Source of the DNA: Marsupella aquatica
Lineage: Eukaryota; Plantae; Marchantiophyta
Length of the DNA: 64,000 nucleotides
Direction of reading: 5' to 3'
NCBI GenBank assembly: GCA_973895155.1
Contig: OZ316897.1
Coordinates: 14,011,375-14,075,374 of the forward strand
Shown here: piece by piece, positions 10,084 to 22,578 of the stretch
Position numbering within the stretch: position 1 is the stretch's first letter
Layout of the letters: each line of letters opens with the position of its first letter
Position numbers and translations under genes: made by a program
The notes under the pieces: model-generated
Seen by the model: only the letters and a program-made list of their open reading frames with translations
What the model was told of the DNA's origin: nothing
Database searches by the model: none

Positions 10084-11958
10084 GGTGCGCTCTCAGCAAG
10101 TGTGAGTGGCTGAAAAGATTGGGGCATGATAGCCCGAGCGCCCCTGGCTCTAGTCAGAGGACCGGCAGCAAGACCATCAGCCTGTACAATGCGGCGTGTG
10201 GGAGCAATACGGGAGGCAGCACTGGCCTGCTGGTAAGCAAAATAGGAAGGGCAGAATGAATCTGAAAATTCTGCTGGAAGGCCAGGCTGTGGAGCAGAGG
10301 ACAGCACACACTCACCCATATGAGCATCAAATGGTAAGCCATAGAAAGAGCGGGGTAGAGTTGCTGAACTGTCAGCGGTGCCTGGGCCAGGGATGGGTTG
10401 CACGTGACCAGCCGGTTGAGAAGGACCAACAGAGGCAATGGACTTGCCTTTGATGTTGGCAAGTTGGGCACGTAAGGACCCAACCTCATGAGTCAGAGAC
10501 TGGAGTTGAGTTGCCTGTGCGTTGTGAGCCTCCTTCTGAGCTGGTTGCTTCTGTGGCTGCTTGGGCAATTTGTTAGCACCGGGTGCTTTGCCACTGGAAG
10601 GAGGAGCAGTGGATGCAGTAGGAGCCCTCCTAGCTGGGGGGGGGAGTGGAAGTAGAAGCAGGATGAGGGGCTTGCTGTCATAGCTGCTTCCGCTCTGGGA
10701 ATTTGGCAAAACAAACTGCCTCCAAGTGACCCACTTTCCCGCAAAAATCACAAGACAGGTCCTCAGCAACAATATCACACTCATTAGCCTTGTGATTGGG
10801 GTTACCACAGTAGTTGCAAGATGGCAGCATGAAAGCAGCATGGGCTGGCTTGGTCTTGGAACCATACTGTGGCACACGAGAAGGAGTGGCCAGTGTAGGG
10901 GCAGCAGCCTGGTACCTGGATCGCGGTGGATGCGCAATACTGGCCTCATAATGTGCATGGGCCAACTCAAGTTTCTCAGCAGTGTCATAGACATTGAGCA
11001 GGGTGTAGCTGTCTCCAAACTCTGAGAATACTTGCTGCAACACTTGCGAATGGAGAGCTGGTGTGCCCTCCAATGCGCGAAGATAGCGATGAGCAGCTTC
11101 CAGGTCAGTGATGCTCTGGGTGTCCTCCTTCAGCTTGAGAAGCCGGCGATACATCATCTTCAAGGTTTCATCGCGCTGCCTCACAAAGGTGGCCAACTGC
11201 ATGATTTTGTCAGCACTCTTGATTGGGAATTCCAATTCAAGAACCTGGAAAAACTCAGCCACTAGATCAGCAAAGGCAGGGGAATCAATGGTGGGAGAAA
11301 TGCCTGATGTAGCCTGTGCCAAGACAGTGGGAGTAACGGGCGCAATGGTAGGAATTGGAGTAGGAGGGGAAGTGGCAGGAGCAGCAGCATGGGCTGCAAT
11401 GGCATTCTGTAAGGCCAATTGTGAGGCTGCCGCAATTGCACTGGCATAGGTAGGGTTAGGCAACTGTGTGACAGCAAGCAGCCGTTGAGAATGCTGCTCA
11501 TACACATCCAAAGCCTCATGGTGCACATACCTGGCTAGCTGCTTAAATGCAAAAGCATTTGTGAAATTGCTGCCGTACTTCAACTCCAATTCGTAAACGA
11601 TAGTGTAGAAAGTGGATTTGAACTCACGTAAAGAGACAGTGCTTGGCCGCCCGTTGAAGCGCTCAATGCGGCCAGATGAGTGGCTGGCATCCATGCTATA
11701 TGTCGGTGAAGCAGGAACAACCACGGATGCAGAAGGGGTAAATGGCAATGAAGTGATAGCAGGCTTCGGGGTAATGGTGAAGCGACCACCAAATGTAGCA
11801 AAAGGATTGCGTGGTGTGGGTGCTGCTGTTGTCTGCTGACATTGCCGAAATTGCCGAGACTCCAATGAAATTGGCACCAATGGTCGTGGGTCACTCCGTA
11901 AATGGTACCTGGGTGTCGGTGGCGATGTGCTGCTACCTCCTGGCTGGTCTGCTGACAT
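10084..11958 (-). pseudogene. Gag with two CCHC zinc knuckles; TGA at 10678-10680 and two apparent compensating frameshifts (G9 run at ~10626-10634 and near 10090)
   Basis: CNYCGNPNHKANEC and CDFCGKVGHLEAVC; capsid-like IERFNG and QRDETLKMMYRRL. Protein-like sequence continues in ORF 9891-11018 and then returns to the pol frame. Confidence 0.88.
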
Positions 11959-13128
11959 GCTGTGTGGCAGTACCCGATGTACTCAGGTAATGTACAAAAT
12001 GTATAAACACGTTGAAGAACCGTCAACCTCAAAAATCCGTCAGAGAAAAAGGACCCTTAAAAATGTGAAGACATTGGGTGCCCACTTAATTAAGTGTATA
12101 AACATGGGGCCCCGTTAAGTGTATACGTCGGGCCCCGATGTGGACCCGGGAACTAGCAAGCTCGACGGAAAAAAGGCCGGGCGCGCATCGGCAGTGAAAT
12201 CATCCTCACGGGAACCGGCCGAGTGTGTAAACACACCTAGGGCACGGCGCCCTATGCACAGCCCAAGGAGGCCCTATGCAGGTCGTTGTGAGGCGGAAGG
12301 AAAGACGACAGCCGAAAAGAAAAGAGAGAGGCGGATTACGAGGCGGAAAGGAGGCAAGGCGGGAGGCGAGGCGAAAGAAACCTGGCCAAATCGGGCCCTC
12401 TTAATGGCATGAGCCCTCCATAGGGCTTCGTGCCCCACCTTATGTGCTCCCGAAAAGGGGCTACGAACATACTCCCCCTCCTCTCCTGCAATGCAATTTG
12501 GGCCTCATGCCCTGGCAGAAGACTCCCGTGAGAGGAGTCAAGTGTACTCCCCCCTCTTCAATGCTGACAGTGGGCTCCGTGCCCTTCAGGGGGACTCCTG
12601 AAGAAGGGAGTCATGTGTGAACTCCCCTCCCCCTCCTTTTAATTGCTGCTTAGGGCCTCGTGCCCTCTCCTGCGCTCCTGCCTTGGTTTCGTCTCCCCCT
12701 GCTTTAATGCTGCTTCGTGCCCTGCAGGAGACTCCCCCTGCTTTAATGTGTACTCCCCTCCCCTCCTCTTAATGCGCCATAGGGCCTCGTGCCCTCCATC
12801 CTCTCTCGCTTATGCTCGGCCACGGTAGGAAGCAAAACGAAGGAATAGCGAGGCGACAAGGCAAAAAAAAGAGGAGTAAGAAAGGCAGAAAGAAAAGGGG
12901 CGCGCGGCCCTATGCCGTCGGGAAGTAGTCGCGCGTAGTGGCCGAGGCAGTCCGGTGGTGGTCGCGCGGCAGCCGTGGCCGGGAAATGGCCATAAAAGCT
13001 AACGAAAAAGGGGCCCCGAACTCCCAAAGGGTCGCGAGCGAGGGCGCAGCGGCCCTGTGCAGTCGGCAGCAAGTCATCGATGTAGGTCACAAAGAAGGTT
13101 GCGGCCGGAAAAAAAATCCGGGCCCCTT

Positions 13129-13160
13129 GTTATGTGTATACACTTAAGTATACACATAAC
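13129..13160. other. Perfect 13-bp stem hairpin in the retroelement leader
   Basis: gttatgtgtatac-acttaa-gtatacacataac. Confidence 0.85.
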
Positions 13161-13284
13161 ACCACAATAAACCCATAACTTTTAACTCGTCACTACGATG
13201 TCCGTCAAAGAAATTGCAATGGCTTCACCAGAAAGTGTCAAAATTGTCACAAACAATCTTCTTCCCCTCACCACTATCTCGACG

Positions 13285-13296
13285 AGTTCTTCTTGA
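13285..13296 (-). promoter_or_regulatory. Self-priming primer-binding site (Tf1-like)
   Basis: 13285-13298 is the exact reverse complement of 13440-13453 inside repeat B and abuts the end of B. There is no TGG tRNA-type PBS. Confidence 0.8.
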
Positions 13297-13655
13297 ATAA
13301 AAGGCGTAAGAGAAACAATTGTATTGAAATCGAATCGAAAACCGGCAGGATGCCAAGATCGGCCGGGAGCATCTAACGAATCACTGTGTGAATCCCGTGT
13401 ACGGAACCGATGAGCACTGTCTGAGCTCTGTCAACAGCGATTCAAGAAGAACTGAAAAACCCACAAAGAAAGACATGCCCTAAGCAAGCAAAGTCCTGGC
13501 GTCACACTAACAAGCACATTTGCTTCAAGAACGGCCCAGACTTGCTACAAGAACATGTCGCTAACTCAGGTAGTACACTAGCCCTAACTACATACCTAGC
13601 GGGCAGGCGAGGGACATGCCGATGTGCATAACAGGCACTGTCCCTCGGCATGACA
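13297..13655 (-). repeat. Split direct repeat B, 5'-terminal copy; predicted TSS at 13453 (TC|AGTT, initiator-like)
   Basis: 359-bp match to 4018-4376. Begins TGTCATG on the sense strand. Confidence 0.97.
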
Positions 13656-16600
13656 AACTGAAGAGATTTCTAAAAAGTTTATAGTCCTGGAAGCCAAAAA
13701 GTTGCGACTTAAAATAAATAAATTTAAAAAAGGTTGTAAATTTAGGCTAGACCATCCATGATTTGTAAGGATATTGCGGTTGTCCCAAACGACAGAAGGT
13801 GTGCTCATTTTATAGGGAGCAAAGAATTATGATAGGCTCCCTAAATGTCTGACTAGTTTGACTGCCAACTACCTTTGTATCTTAAGCTGATCTTGATCCA
13901 TAAGTAGGGTGGCTAGGTTGCCATATCCAATCTAAGGAAGCCCCCAAAGAGGATTTCTATGACCACATATTTGTCATCACCTAAGCCTTGCAATAGCCAC
14001 TCAGGTTCTAAATTAATTATTCATTTGGTTTCACGGAGCATAAACAACCGCTTTGAAAAGGAATTCTTGGAAACCAAATCCCATGTAGAAGCCCAAGATA
14101 TGATTCTGGAACCTAAAGCTGGGATAGACACAAACGTTTGGAGGGACAACCCGATGGACACAGCATGTTGACACTGTAACACCAACCCCTAATGACACCC
14201 AAAATGGATTACAGGTGTATTGTGAACGGAAGCTAACCAAGATTTAGACATTACGTTAAGTACGTTTAACCTCCTCCGTTGCTCCTGCCTGGACAGACTA
14301 CGGGAATAAACAACCAAAAACCTCCTGCTCTCGGTCAGATAGCTCCTTACAGGTCACCATTGGAGCACAAGTGAGAAGCGTGTTATACAAGCACAATCTT
14401 AGGTTTGTTCTGTGTCCATCCAGGTTGTGTTTGTCCATCGCGGGGTCCATTAGGGCTTTTTCTCAAACTTTTGTGTCTACTTTGGCTTTAAGTTGTAGGA
14501 TTCTGACCAAGTTTAATTGCAAATATTTGGATAAAATGTTTACATTCCATGATGCCATGCCCCAATACCAGACAGTGTGCACAGGTAGGGCTCCCCATAT
14601 TCCCCTTGCAACATAGTCTATATTCTTTCATGCCAGAAAATATGCAGTGTCATATTACTAAGTAGGTCATGAAATCTAGATTTTTCCAAAAATAGTAGGA
14701 ATCAAGGTGCAATCCAAAAACAGTATTGTCATGCTGTCTTAACCAAAATTTGAGTGTAGGAGAAAAAAAAGGTGCTTACAACTATAAAACCAAAAATACT
14801 ATTTGTTGCATATATATATTTGAAAGAAAGTAAAATTTATGACATTATCATTTGCATTAAATATGAACACAGGTTAGCATCACATGTAGTGTCCTAAAAA
14901 ATGCACTACATAGCACCCCTCCTTGAAACCACCACTAGTCATGACAAAACCTGGATTTACCAGGTTTCACCATTAATAGTACCATTTTTCCCAAAATTGG
15001 CGAGCAAAAGGGCACATTAGAGGAGAGCAATGCGAGGAATGTGGAAAAGGGAGAAGTCTTGGACAGTTCCCCCTATTACATGGCTAGTGGCGGTTTAATT
15101 AGAAGACTACTATACCATACCCTCCCATGTTGTTTGAATAACACATGCGCCTTGTTATGCAAAGTTTGCAAAATGGAGGCCTTTCCCTGCCTGAATGCTT
15201 CTATCTATTAATCCAAAAATTTTGAGGTCCTTTTTCTTTGAAGCCCAACACAAATTTTGTTCTATATCTAGTTTCTAAGGAAATGAGTGTTTAGATGGAC
15301 CACAGCTGGCTCAAGTAGTGATATTCTGAATTATATTGTAAATGACATTACACTTTGTTATAATTACCCATGCATTTTACATTATCATGTGCTACTCCTC
15401 GTGCACAGAAATTGAAGACATGAAGGTGTATGTTTTCACATTTCTAAATGTTACCTACAGTGCACAGATCCGCATAAAAGCAAAGTTTGCTCAACCGTAG
15501 TCACCAGAGCAAGCGCTGCCCAACAGTTGCAGTTTTCATTGCGGCAAGTGAGGTTTGAAGGTCAAGTTTCATAAGCTGACCAACTTTTGCACAAAACCTC
15601 ATCTTGAAATTGGGTTCACCAATGCTCTTTGTACACAAAAGACCTGACACTCTCTTATCATCTAAATGGAATGTGGTAGACAGGCAACATCTAAGAGTGG
15701 GACCTAAGGGGTTGTAATATATTTGTTTTGAGGAACCATCAATCTGAATAAAAGCATCTAAGAGTGGGGCCTAAAGGGGTTGTATAAATGCATTTTCCAG
15801 GAGCCATCACCTAAAGAACCTGAGACAAGCCTGAGAGCAATGAAATCATTGGAAGACAATAACCTCATGACAGTTTTTTAGTGGCAAACATTCACCACAA
15901 TAATTCACCACAATATACCTCCATTAGAATCAGTCACCCACTTTCGGCCAACATTTGCTCCTCTTGAAGAGTAACCTCTCTCTCTCTCTCCTGTGGCTCC
16001 CAGGGGCATGGGGTACAGGGTGAGTCTCTACAAACTGCACAGAGGATTTGAATGTTCTCACCGCCATTTACTTTCTTTGCCATTTACTTTCTTTAATGAG
16101 CACTCAGGCTAGATTACACAACCCCTAAAGATTACCCTCCCTCATGAGCCAAAAAGCATACCTCAACTACAAGTAGCACCGTGCAACCTTTAGGACATCT
16201 TGGTAGGAGCAAAGAACAGCTTTATCGGTCATCATTTGACCAAAAAAGAAACTGACAGTTTGTCCCATACACGTACGTTTCATGCAAAATTTGAAATTAA
16301 AAAAATGCAGTATTAGACCTCTATATCGGTATAAAGAAACAGCACATGTATTCTGTACTCTTCAGTGTATCTGCGTGATCAGGGACTGAGTCCTATAGTG
16401 ACATACAGGTTAAATAAATAAATAATTCCTAAAATTTGTACCCAACTAGCAAAGTAGCTTTGGGTCCAAATCTGGAAATCAATTTTTCTTGCAAATTTTT
16501 AATAATATTCTAAGTATCATGTTGCCCCACTGTCTGCTTATTGTTTCAGATTAGAAAATGAAAAGAGGAAAGGGTTTCACAGGTCCACTGTGAATCAGGA

Positions 16601-17027
16601 TGGCACTACATCCAAGGACTGCAGTAAAGCAAGTTTAAACCACATGAATATGACGGTTTGGAAAATTTTCTATTGATTGATGCACTACCTTATGCAGCCT
16701 CTGGCACCCTGTCCAATCCTTGGTCTATGTTGTGGATGGAGGAAACTAACCCCTTCATCTGCCTTCATGCCGTGAAGGATGAGTTTTCCTGTGAATTTTC
16801 TGGTAGCTACCCTGCCCCTGTGTGGTTCCCTTTGTTTAGTAGGAACTTTTGTTCCCTCGAAACTGACTTCACATTTCATTTCATTTTAGGCAGAATGACT
16901 CTCCTCATTTCATTTCAATCTATGCCTATCACTTAACAGGAAGGTGGACAGCAAATGGCTACAGTGGTAGGTACATTTCTTCTCATTCCAAAAGGGAACA
17001 AAAATTGAAAGAGAATGCCAAAGCAGG

Positions 17028-17148
17028 CATGGCTGTGTGGTGGCTCACTTGAGTAGGGAGTCATAGGTCCTGGGTTCTAATGGTGTAACTGGCTTATGTT
17101 GCCTCCCTTTCCGTGGGGTTCACTGATTTCCACTTTCTAAAATGAAAA
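17028..17148 (+). mobile_element. tRNA-derived SINE-like repeat, copy 1
   Basis: A-box-like GTGGCTCACTTG, B-box-like GGGTTCTAA and an A-rich end. Homologous to 22446-22578. Confidence 0.5.
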
Positions 17149-19779
17149 CTAACAAATTGGAAGAGAAAAGATAAATTGGAGATGTGAAGTGAGCAAACAG
17201 ACGAACAACACAATCAGACACAAAGGTAGGTTGCCTAACACAAAATTACTTATCTTATGCATATACTAATGCCCTGGTAACAGGACATTCAGGGCAATAA
17301 CCCCCTCCCACCACCCCAAAGAGGACTTGAGGTCAAGTTTTGTGAGGCTTTTATTGCCCATAATGCACTCTTAACAGGGACTTACAGATTTTTAATTTTT
17401 CATATTTTTAGTAAACTATAGGGGAAAATTTTGGAAAAATCCAAATCCAGATTTTAAATTTTTCCCCGATCCAAATCTGGAATGTGCATTCACTTCTGCA
17501 TGAAAACACCAAAACTTATAATTTAGCCAAGGGCATTAAGTAAGGGGGGCGTATCTAAGAATTACTCCTTTCATATTCTAAAGACACCCTTCCTCGTCCA
17601 TGATCTCAGAAACAAATTGTACCAGTAATGATGAAGCTGCTGTATCCAGGTCTAAGGATTGACAGTAGCTGTTTCAGCTCATAAACCAACCGCACATTCA
17701 CACTGTCACAAAATTCAGAGCCGAAGATCACATAGACAACAACTCAGATTGACAAGTGTCTCGGATAGACGGCTAAAACTCCATAGATTATTTTGAAAGG
17801 CTATTTGTAATAGAGCATTGTGGATAATGCCCTGAAAATGTGGACTGTAACTCGAGTTTTCAGGGGCTATCATTGCCCACAGTGCCCTTGTTTTAACAGG
17901 AAGTTAATACATATAAGCCCTACGAGACTTTTTATTTTTATTATTTTTAATTAGTAAGGGTGGGGAAGTTCCCAAAGTGCCCCAGCCAAGTCTAGACTTT
18001 GCATTCTTGTCAGTCAGGCACCAAAAATTACAAATCCAAAAATGGCCCTGGCATTAACTTATAAAATAGCACCTGCACCTTCCATTAGTGTGAAGGCTCA
18101 CACCTTTTTGTTATCAAAAAGTGTTGGGTCCATCAAAGTCATCGGTCAAAGTTGCTATCCATCCAAGTTTCAACTTCTACATCACTTCAGCTATGTATTT
18201 TCACATACCCCACAAGTTTTTTTACCGCCATCCCACTGCACAGCATATATCTGGTACAGTGATCACGAAAACCGAGCTCTGAAATTGCACCAACTCTTCG
18301 AAGGTTGACCAGCAATTTGACCGTCCCTAGTGAGAAGCAGCTCATACCCCACTACTAGATCGTACAGTTTCCCACTAACCCATTGGAATGATATTTTGGA
18401 TTGTATGTATTGTGTTGTATCAGATCGGACGACTGTGCCATCCATACCTTTTTCCCCAACAGCTGAAAGTTAGAGAGTAGTTAGAGAGTGCAGCATTTTA
18501 CATTCTTCTGCGTGCAGCCCTAGTACTCTCGCGTTTGAAACTCCCGACTCTAGCTGAATGTGTTCATCGTTCACTGTCGGCAATCTGCTGTAGGCAGACA
18601 CAGGATTTTACTCAGATGTTGCCTTGAAATACCCACTCAATTACATTACGATGAGACCCCAGATACTCGCCTGGATCAGTGCGTTCCCATGAAAACACAT
18701 GTGCTTTCAGCGACCGCCAAATGAATCTCTCCCGTGGCCCTGAACAGGTTGCGGCTGGATGAAGAATTTAAGGGATGGACGTTCTTGAAAAGTTTCAAAC
18801 AAATATATGCTCCTCTCGTTTCATTCTACTTTTACTTTTACTTGAGAGTTGGGAAGAACGTGATACGAGCTTGTCTCTGCAGATATCAGTCTCGAGAGAC
18901 TCTCTCACGAGTGATGAGCTTTTGTGTTTGGAGCGGATCCCGGGCGAAGATTGTTGATATCCAATATTTTGCAATAGAACTGTATCACTTCAGACAAATG
19001 AAAGGGGAGGGCCCCAGTCAGTGGTGTTTTCAATCGAGGCCGCTCGGACCCACACACCACCCGAAATGCGTTTTCAGCCTCCGGACGACATTGTTTACTT
19101 TGAGATCCCCATTTCCCCGAGTGATGAGAAAAGGCAAGCTGCACCGACGCTTACAGGTTTCTTCAGTCAAGGTAATAGTCGAGATCGAGAACAAAAGTAG
19201 GTTTCGCCATTCAGAATTTTTTTAAGTCTGTGTGGTCACAGACTCACAGGGAGGGAGGTGCAAAAGTCCAAATATCGCACCCAAGTGGGACTGAACGTCG
19301 ATCATCACCACGGAATGGGCTGACAAGCGACCGACTCATGAAAAACAAAAGACATGCGTGGGGCCAACGGGAGTCGGTCTGAATCATTTCCCTGTGGACT
19401 CGGGACTGGATTTTGATGTGGAATGCATGAAAGAACTACTGGACAGTGGAAACTGGGAAAGCTGTCAACATGCGAATTTGGGGATTATATCCTTGGAGAT
19501 CTTATTATTAGTGGTGTGATGACAGGATGACTGACCAATTTGGAGAGCCTGGCTCGTATCATCCGAGATCGAAGGGAGCATTTTAAAGTATTATTTACGA
19601 GAATGATAGAGCGACCAAAGTTCTTAGAGAAGAAAAAAGCTTAAAATTCGTTGACTTTTCTGTGTAAAGCTTGTTAATTAATGACTGATTGTTATAATTT
19701 TCTCCAGTGTCCTTAACCTTTCATGTGAGGTTCAGATAAAATTTCTCCGTTCCCAGCTTTAAACATGTTCAATGTTGTC

Positions 19780-20700
19780 GATAACAGTTTATGCTTAACA
19801 GTTCAATTTTTGCCTCAGAATTACATTCCAAGAAACAATTTACAGCGTGGGGGCTTGATAAGTGGATCAAAGGGGGGGGGTGCAACAAGACTTTCAGGGC
19901 CTTAACAATGTGTTGTCCAACAGTACCAGAGATTGTTTGGGAGTAACCTTTCATGTTTGTGCTCAGGTTATGGGAGGACTTATGCTTTCATTAGGCTTGA
20001 ATGGTTTGCGCGTTACACGCCCTTGTAGACATGCACGCCTTGTTTTGGTTCGAAATAAATGGAGTTGTAGGCATTGGCAAAATAACGTGGAAGAATCTGT
20101 TCTGAAGAGACTGCCAATGGTAATTTTGTTTGATGTTATGCAGTTTGAGGCTAAGTTTTGTTGAGAGGTAGTGTTGTGAAGCTTTCACCCTCAATCTGAG
20201 CTGCCAATTTGGTTTGTTTCAGAGCATGCAAAGATTGATGGATGTTCTACCAGACGTCAGAATGTGGTAACACATTGCCAGGGGAATTTCAGGCCCACTT
20301 AGAATCATTCTTGGTGGCTACTGTAATGGTCATTAGGTTTGCCCAAAACATTAAGTATAACCAAGAAATTGGCACCCCAATGTCCAGAAAAGGTGGGCTG
20401 GATAAACATGTGGGCAGTTTTGGGAAATGTGAAGGAAAATTAGATTCCAGACACAACAGCCTTGGAAACTCTGTATGCTCAGGAAAAATGCCCCAGAAAA
20501 AACAGTGGTTTCTGTCAAAATAGGCTGTGAACACATGTTTTTGGCTAGGTATCAGCAAACTAATGGAAAGAGTATTGGAAAGAGTAGACAGAGAGAACTT
20601 TCTGCAGACGGGAAAAATTAAAATGGCTGCCAATGAAAGTCTTGAAGCAAGTTAAAACAACTTCTTGCCATCAAAGATTTCAAACCAAGATACAATTGCC
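19780..20700 (-). mobile_element. Possible highly degenerate LINE ORF2 3' remnant
   Basis: Broken frames with weak L1 C-terminal-like words (HWQSLQNRFF, NNLWYCW). No RT core seen. Confidence 0.25.
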
Positions 20701-22445
20701 GTAGTTATAGCTCTACTTAGAGTTCTCTTAGCAACTTTGGATCAGGATACTCTACTGGCAGCTTACTGGATGAGTCTTGGGAGTTTTACTTCTCCACCCC
20801 TGCCCTGTGTTCTAGGAGCCTGTGTTCTAGGAGCTTAGGATGCCTTTAAGTCAATATTAACAGGGATTAATAATTCATTTAGGCCTCGACTAAACTTCAA
20901 CTGAAGGCAATAATACTTTAAATCAGCTTGAATATCAGTGTTATGCACAGGAAGGGCTCCTTATCCACAGTCTTCCTGCTAATCCCTCACAACCATATTT
21001 GAAATTTGAAATTTATTTGTTATCAGAGAGATTATGGCTTATGATTTCGCTCTATAAAGGAATTATAGTACAGAAGATAGATATGAGGAGAATTTTAGAA
21101 TTATGTGCACAATTTCTCGTGTGCACAATTTCTCGTGGATACTTTCAGATAACCAAGTTTCTTCTTTCAAGAGGCCAAGGGTTGACCAGCACCGCCCCAC
21201 CCCCCTTTTTCTTTGAATGGGGGGGGGGGGGGGGGCATCCACATAGTAGGCTCAGGACACTGCTAGAGTGGGGGTTCATTGTCAATGCCCGCCCAGTCAA
21301 TCATACGGAAATCATTCACCCTTAAATCTAACGTCTGATGTGTTAATTAAATATCCATGAATTGGGAGGTTTTCTATGTCTGTGGAGAGGAAAGGAGGGT
21401 GGGTGGGTGTCTTTGGATACAATTATTAGGGAAGAGGAAGTAGAAGTCATTCATGAATTGGGGAGTTTCGCTTTGTGATGATATAGGAGAAGTACAAGTC
21501 AATGTAACATTTATGTCTTCAATAACGTCAAGTACAAACTATGTACCACCGCCTTTGAGCTCATGTGCTTGGATATTGCATCACGTTTAGCTTCAGAACT
21601 ATTGACCCAAGACTTGTCATAATCCCCTTATTCTTTTCCCCCTTTTCCCATAATCACAAATCAATGGCGCCTATGGAAAGTTGCAAGTACTATACCCATT
21701 CCTCTTGAAATTATTTTCCATTAACACCATTGTGACATCACGCATTTGAGAGAATTGTATCAGGTCTGTATCAAATCTCAAGCAAAAATCTATGTCACTT
21801 TCAACTGATGAAGACCATTACATGGTCCCATGATGAAGACCACTTCATGACCCTAAGAGGTTTACGTGGATAATGGTACATGGTCCACCAATCAGCCAAT
21901 TGAAAGAGAAGCATGACGTTCGAAGTATTTGTAAATTAGTATATAGGTAAAGTAAAAGTTCCCAGCTTATATTGGCCCTACAATAAACAGAAAAATTATA
22001 AACATAATTGTGGTAGAGGTTATGTCCCTATCTACACGGTTGTGTTGGTACTGTCTATACCATATATAAATTCAAGCATTAAGAAATTTAGCAACACAAG
22101 ATAAAGTACATTGTACACAAGATATCACAGGTCATATCACTGTCCCAAAACAAAAAAAAGGGAGGTTATGTCACATCTTGAGATGTCACCCTGAGTTCAT
22201 CTACAACGGGTTTCTCATGACATTCACATGCCTTTGCATACGTACAGGATGTCTTGAAAGGCACTCTAATTCTTGGACTTCACTGTGATGAGGGACTCTA
22301 TCATCAAAATTGGTGGTCTTTTGATTTGACCACAATTCAAGTGTGGATATATGACCCAGCTGGCAGGAACCTGGGTTCCCCACTAACTAGGGTGCATACC
22401 ACAATTTTTTGAGAAGATTGTTCTTTATAACTTAACCTAGAGAGA

Positions 22446-22578
22446 CATGACTTTGTAGTAGCTCACTTGAGTAGAGACTGATAGGTCTTGGGTTCAACTG
22501 TCGTGGCTAACACTTCCTGACTATTGTGGCTCTTCCCTTTCTGTGGGGTTTCACAGATTTCCCCTAATAAAAAATAAA
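22446..22578 (+). mobile_element. tRNA-derived SINE-like repeat, copy 2
   Basis: GTAGCTCACTTGAGTAG...GGGTTCAAC...CCCTTTCTGTGGGGTTTCAC...A-rich tail. Homologous to 17028-17148. Confidence 0.55.

Larger units (their letters stand above)
3842..13655 (-). mobile_element. Ty3/Gypsy-type retrotransposon with split direct repeats, carrying a C5 DNA methyltransferase and a PHD finger
   Basis: Ends are TGTCGTG (3842) and CATGACA (13655), with a 4-bp TSD AACT at 3838-3841 and 13656-13659. Domain order is Gag-PR-(DNMT)-RT-RH-IN. Repeats: A 3842-4017 and 4379-4554; B 4018-4376 and 13297-13655. Confidence 0.96.

Noticed and set aside
3842-13655. Classification as a DIRS/PAT/Ngaro tyrosine-recombinase element because of the split repeats and a methyltransferase
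   Set aside because: No YR ORF seen. A protease, an HHCC-DDE integrase, TG...CA ends and a 4-bp TSD are present, and the MTase has C5 motifs rather than the adenine-type MT of DIRS.
4018-13655. Conventional LTR element using only the two B copies as LTRs
   Set aside because: The left B copy does not begin with TG, has no TSD at 4017 and is not adjacent to the PPT. The TSD and terminal motif only work when A (3842-4017) is included.
17028-17148. Functional tRNA gene
   Set aside because: A/B-box-like motifs only; no cloverleaf could be folded.
18263-19225. Coding gene from ORFs 18734-19225 and 18263-18445, or a miRNA hairpin near 18470-18555
   Set aside because: No domain similarity and no convincing stem. 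A non-coding or UTR exon cannot be excluded.
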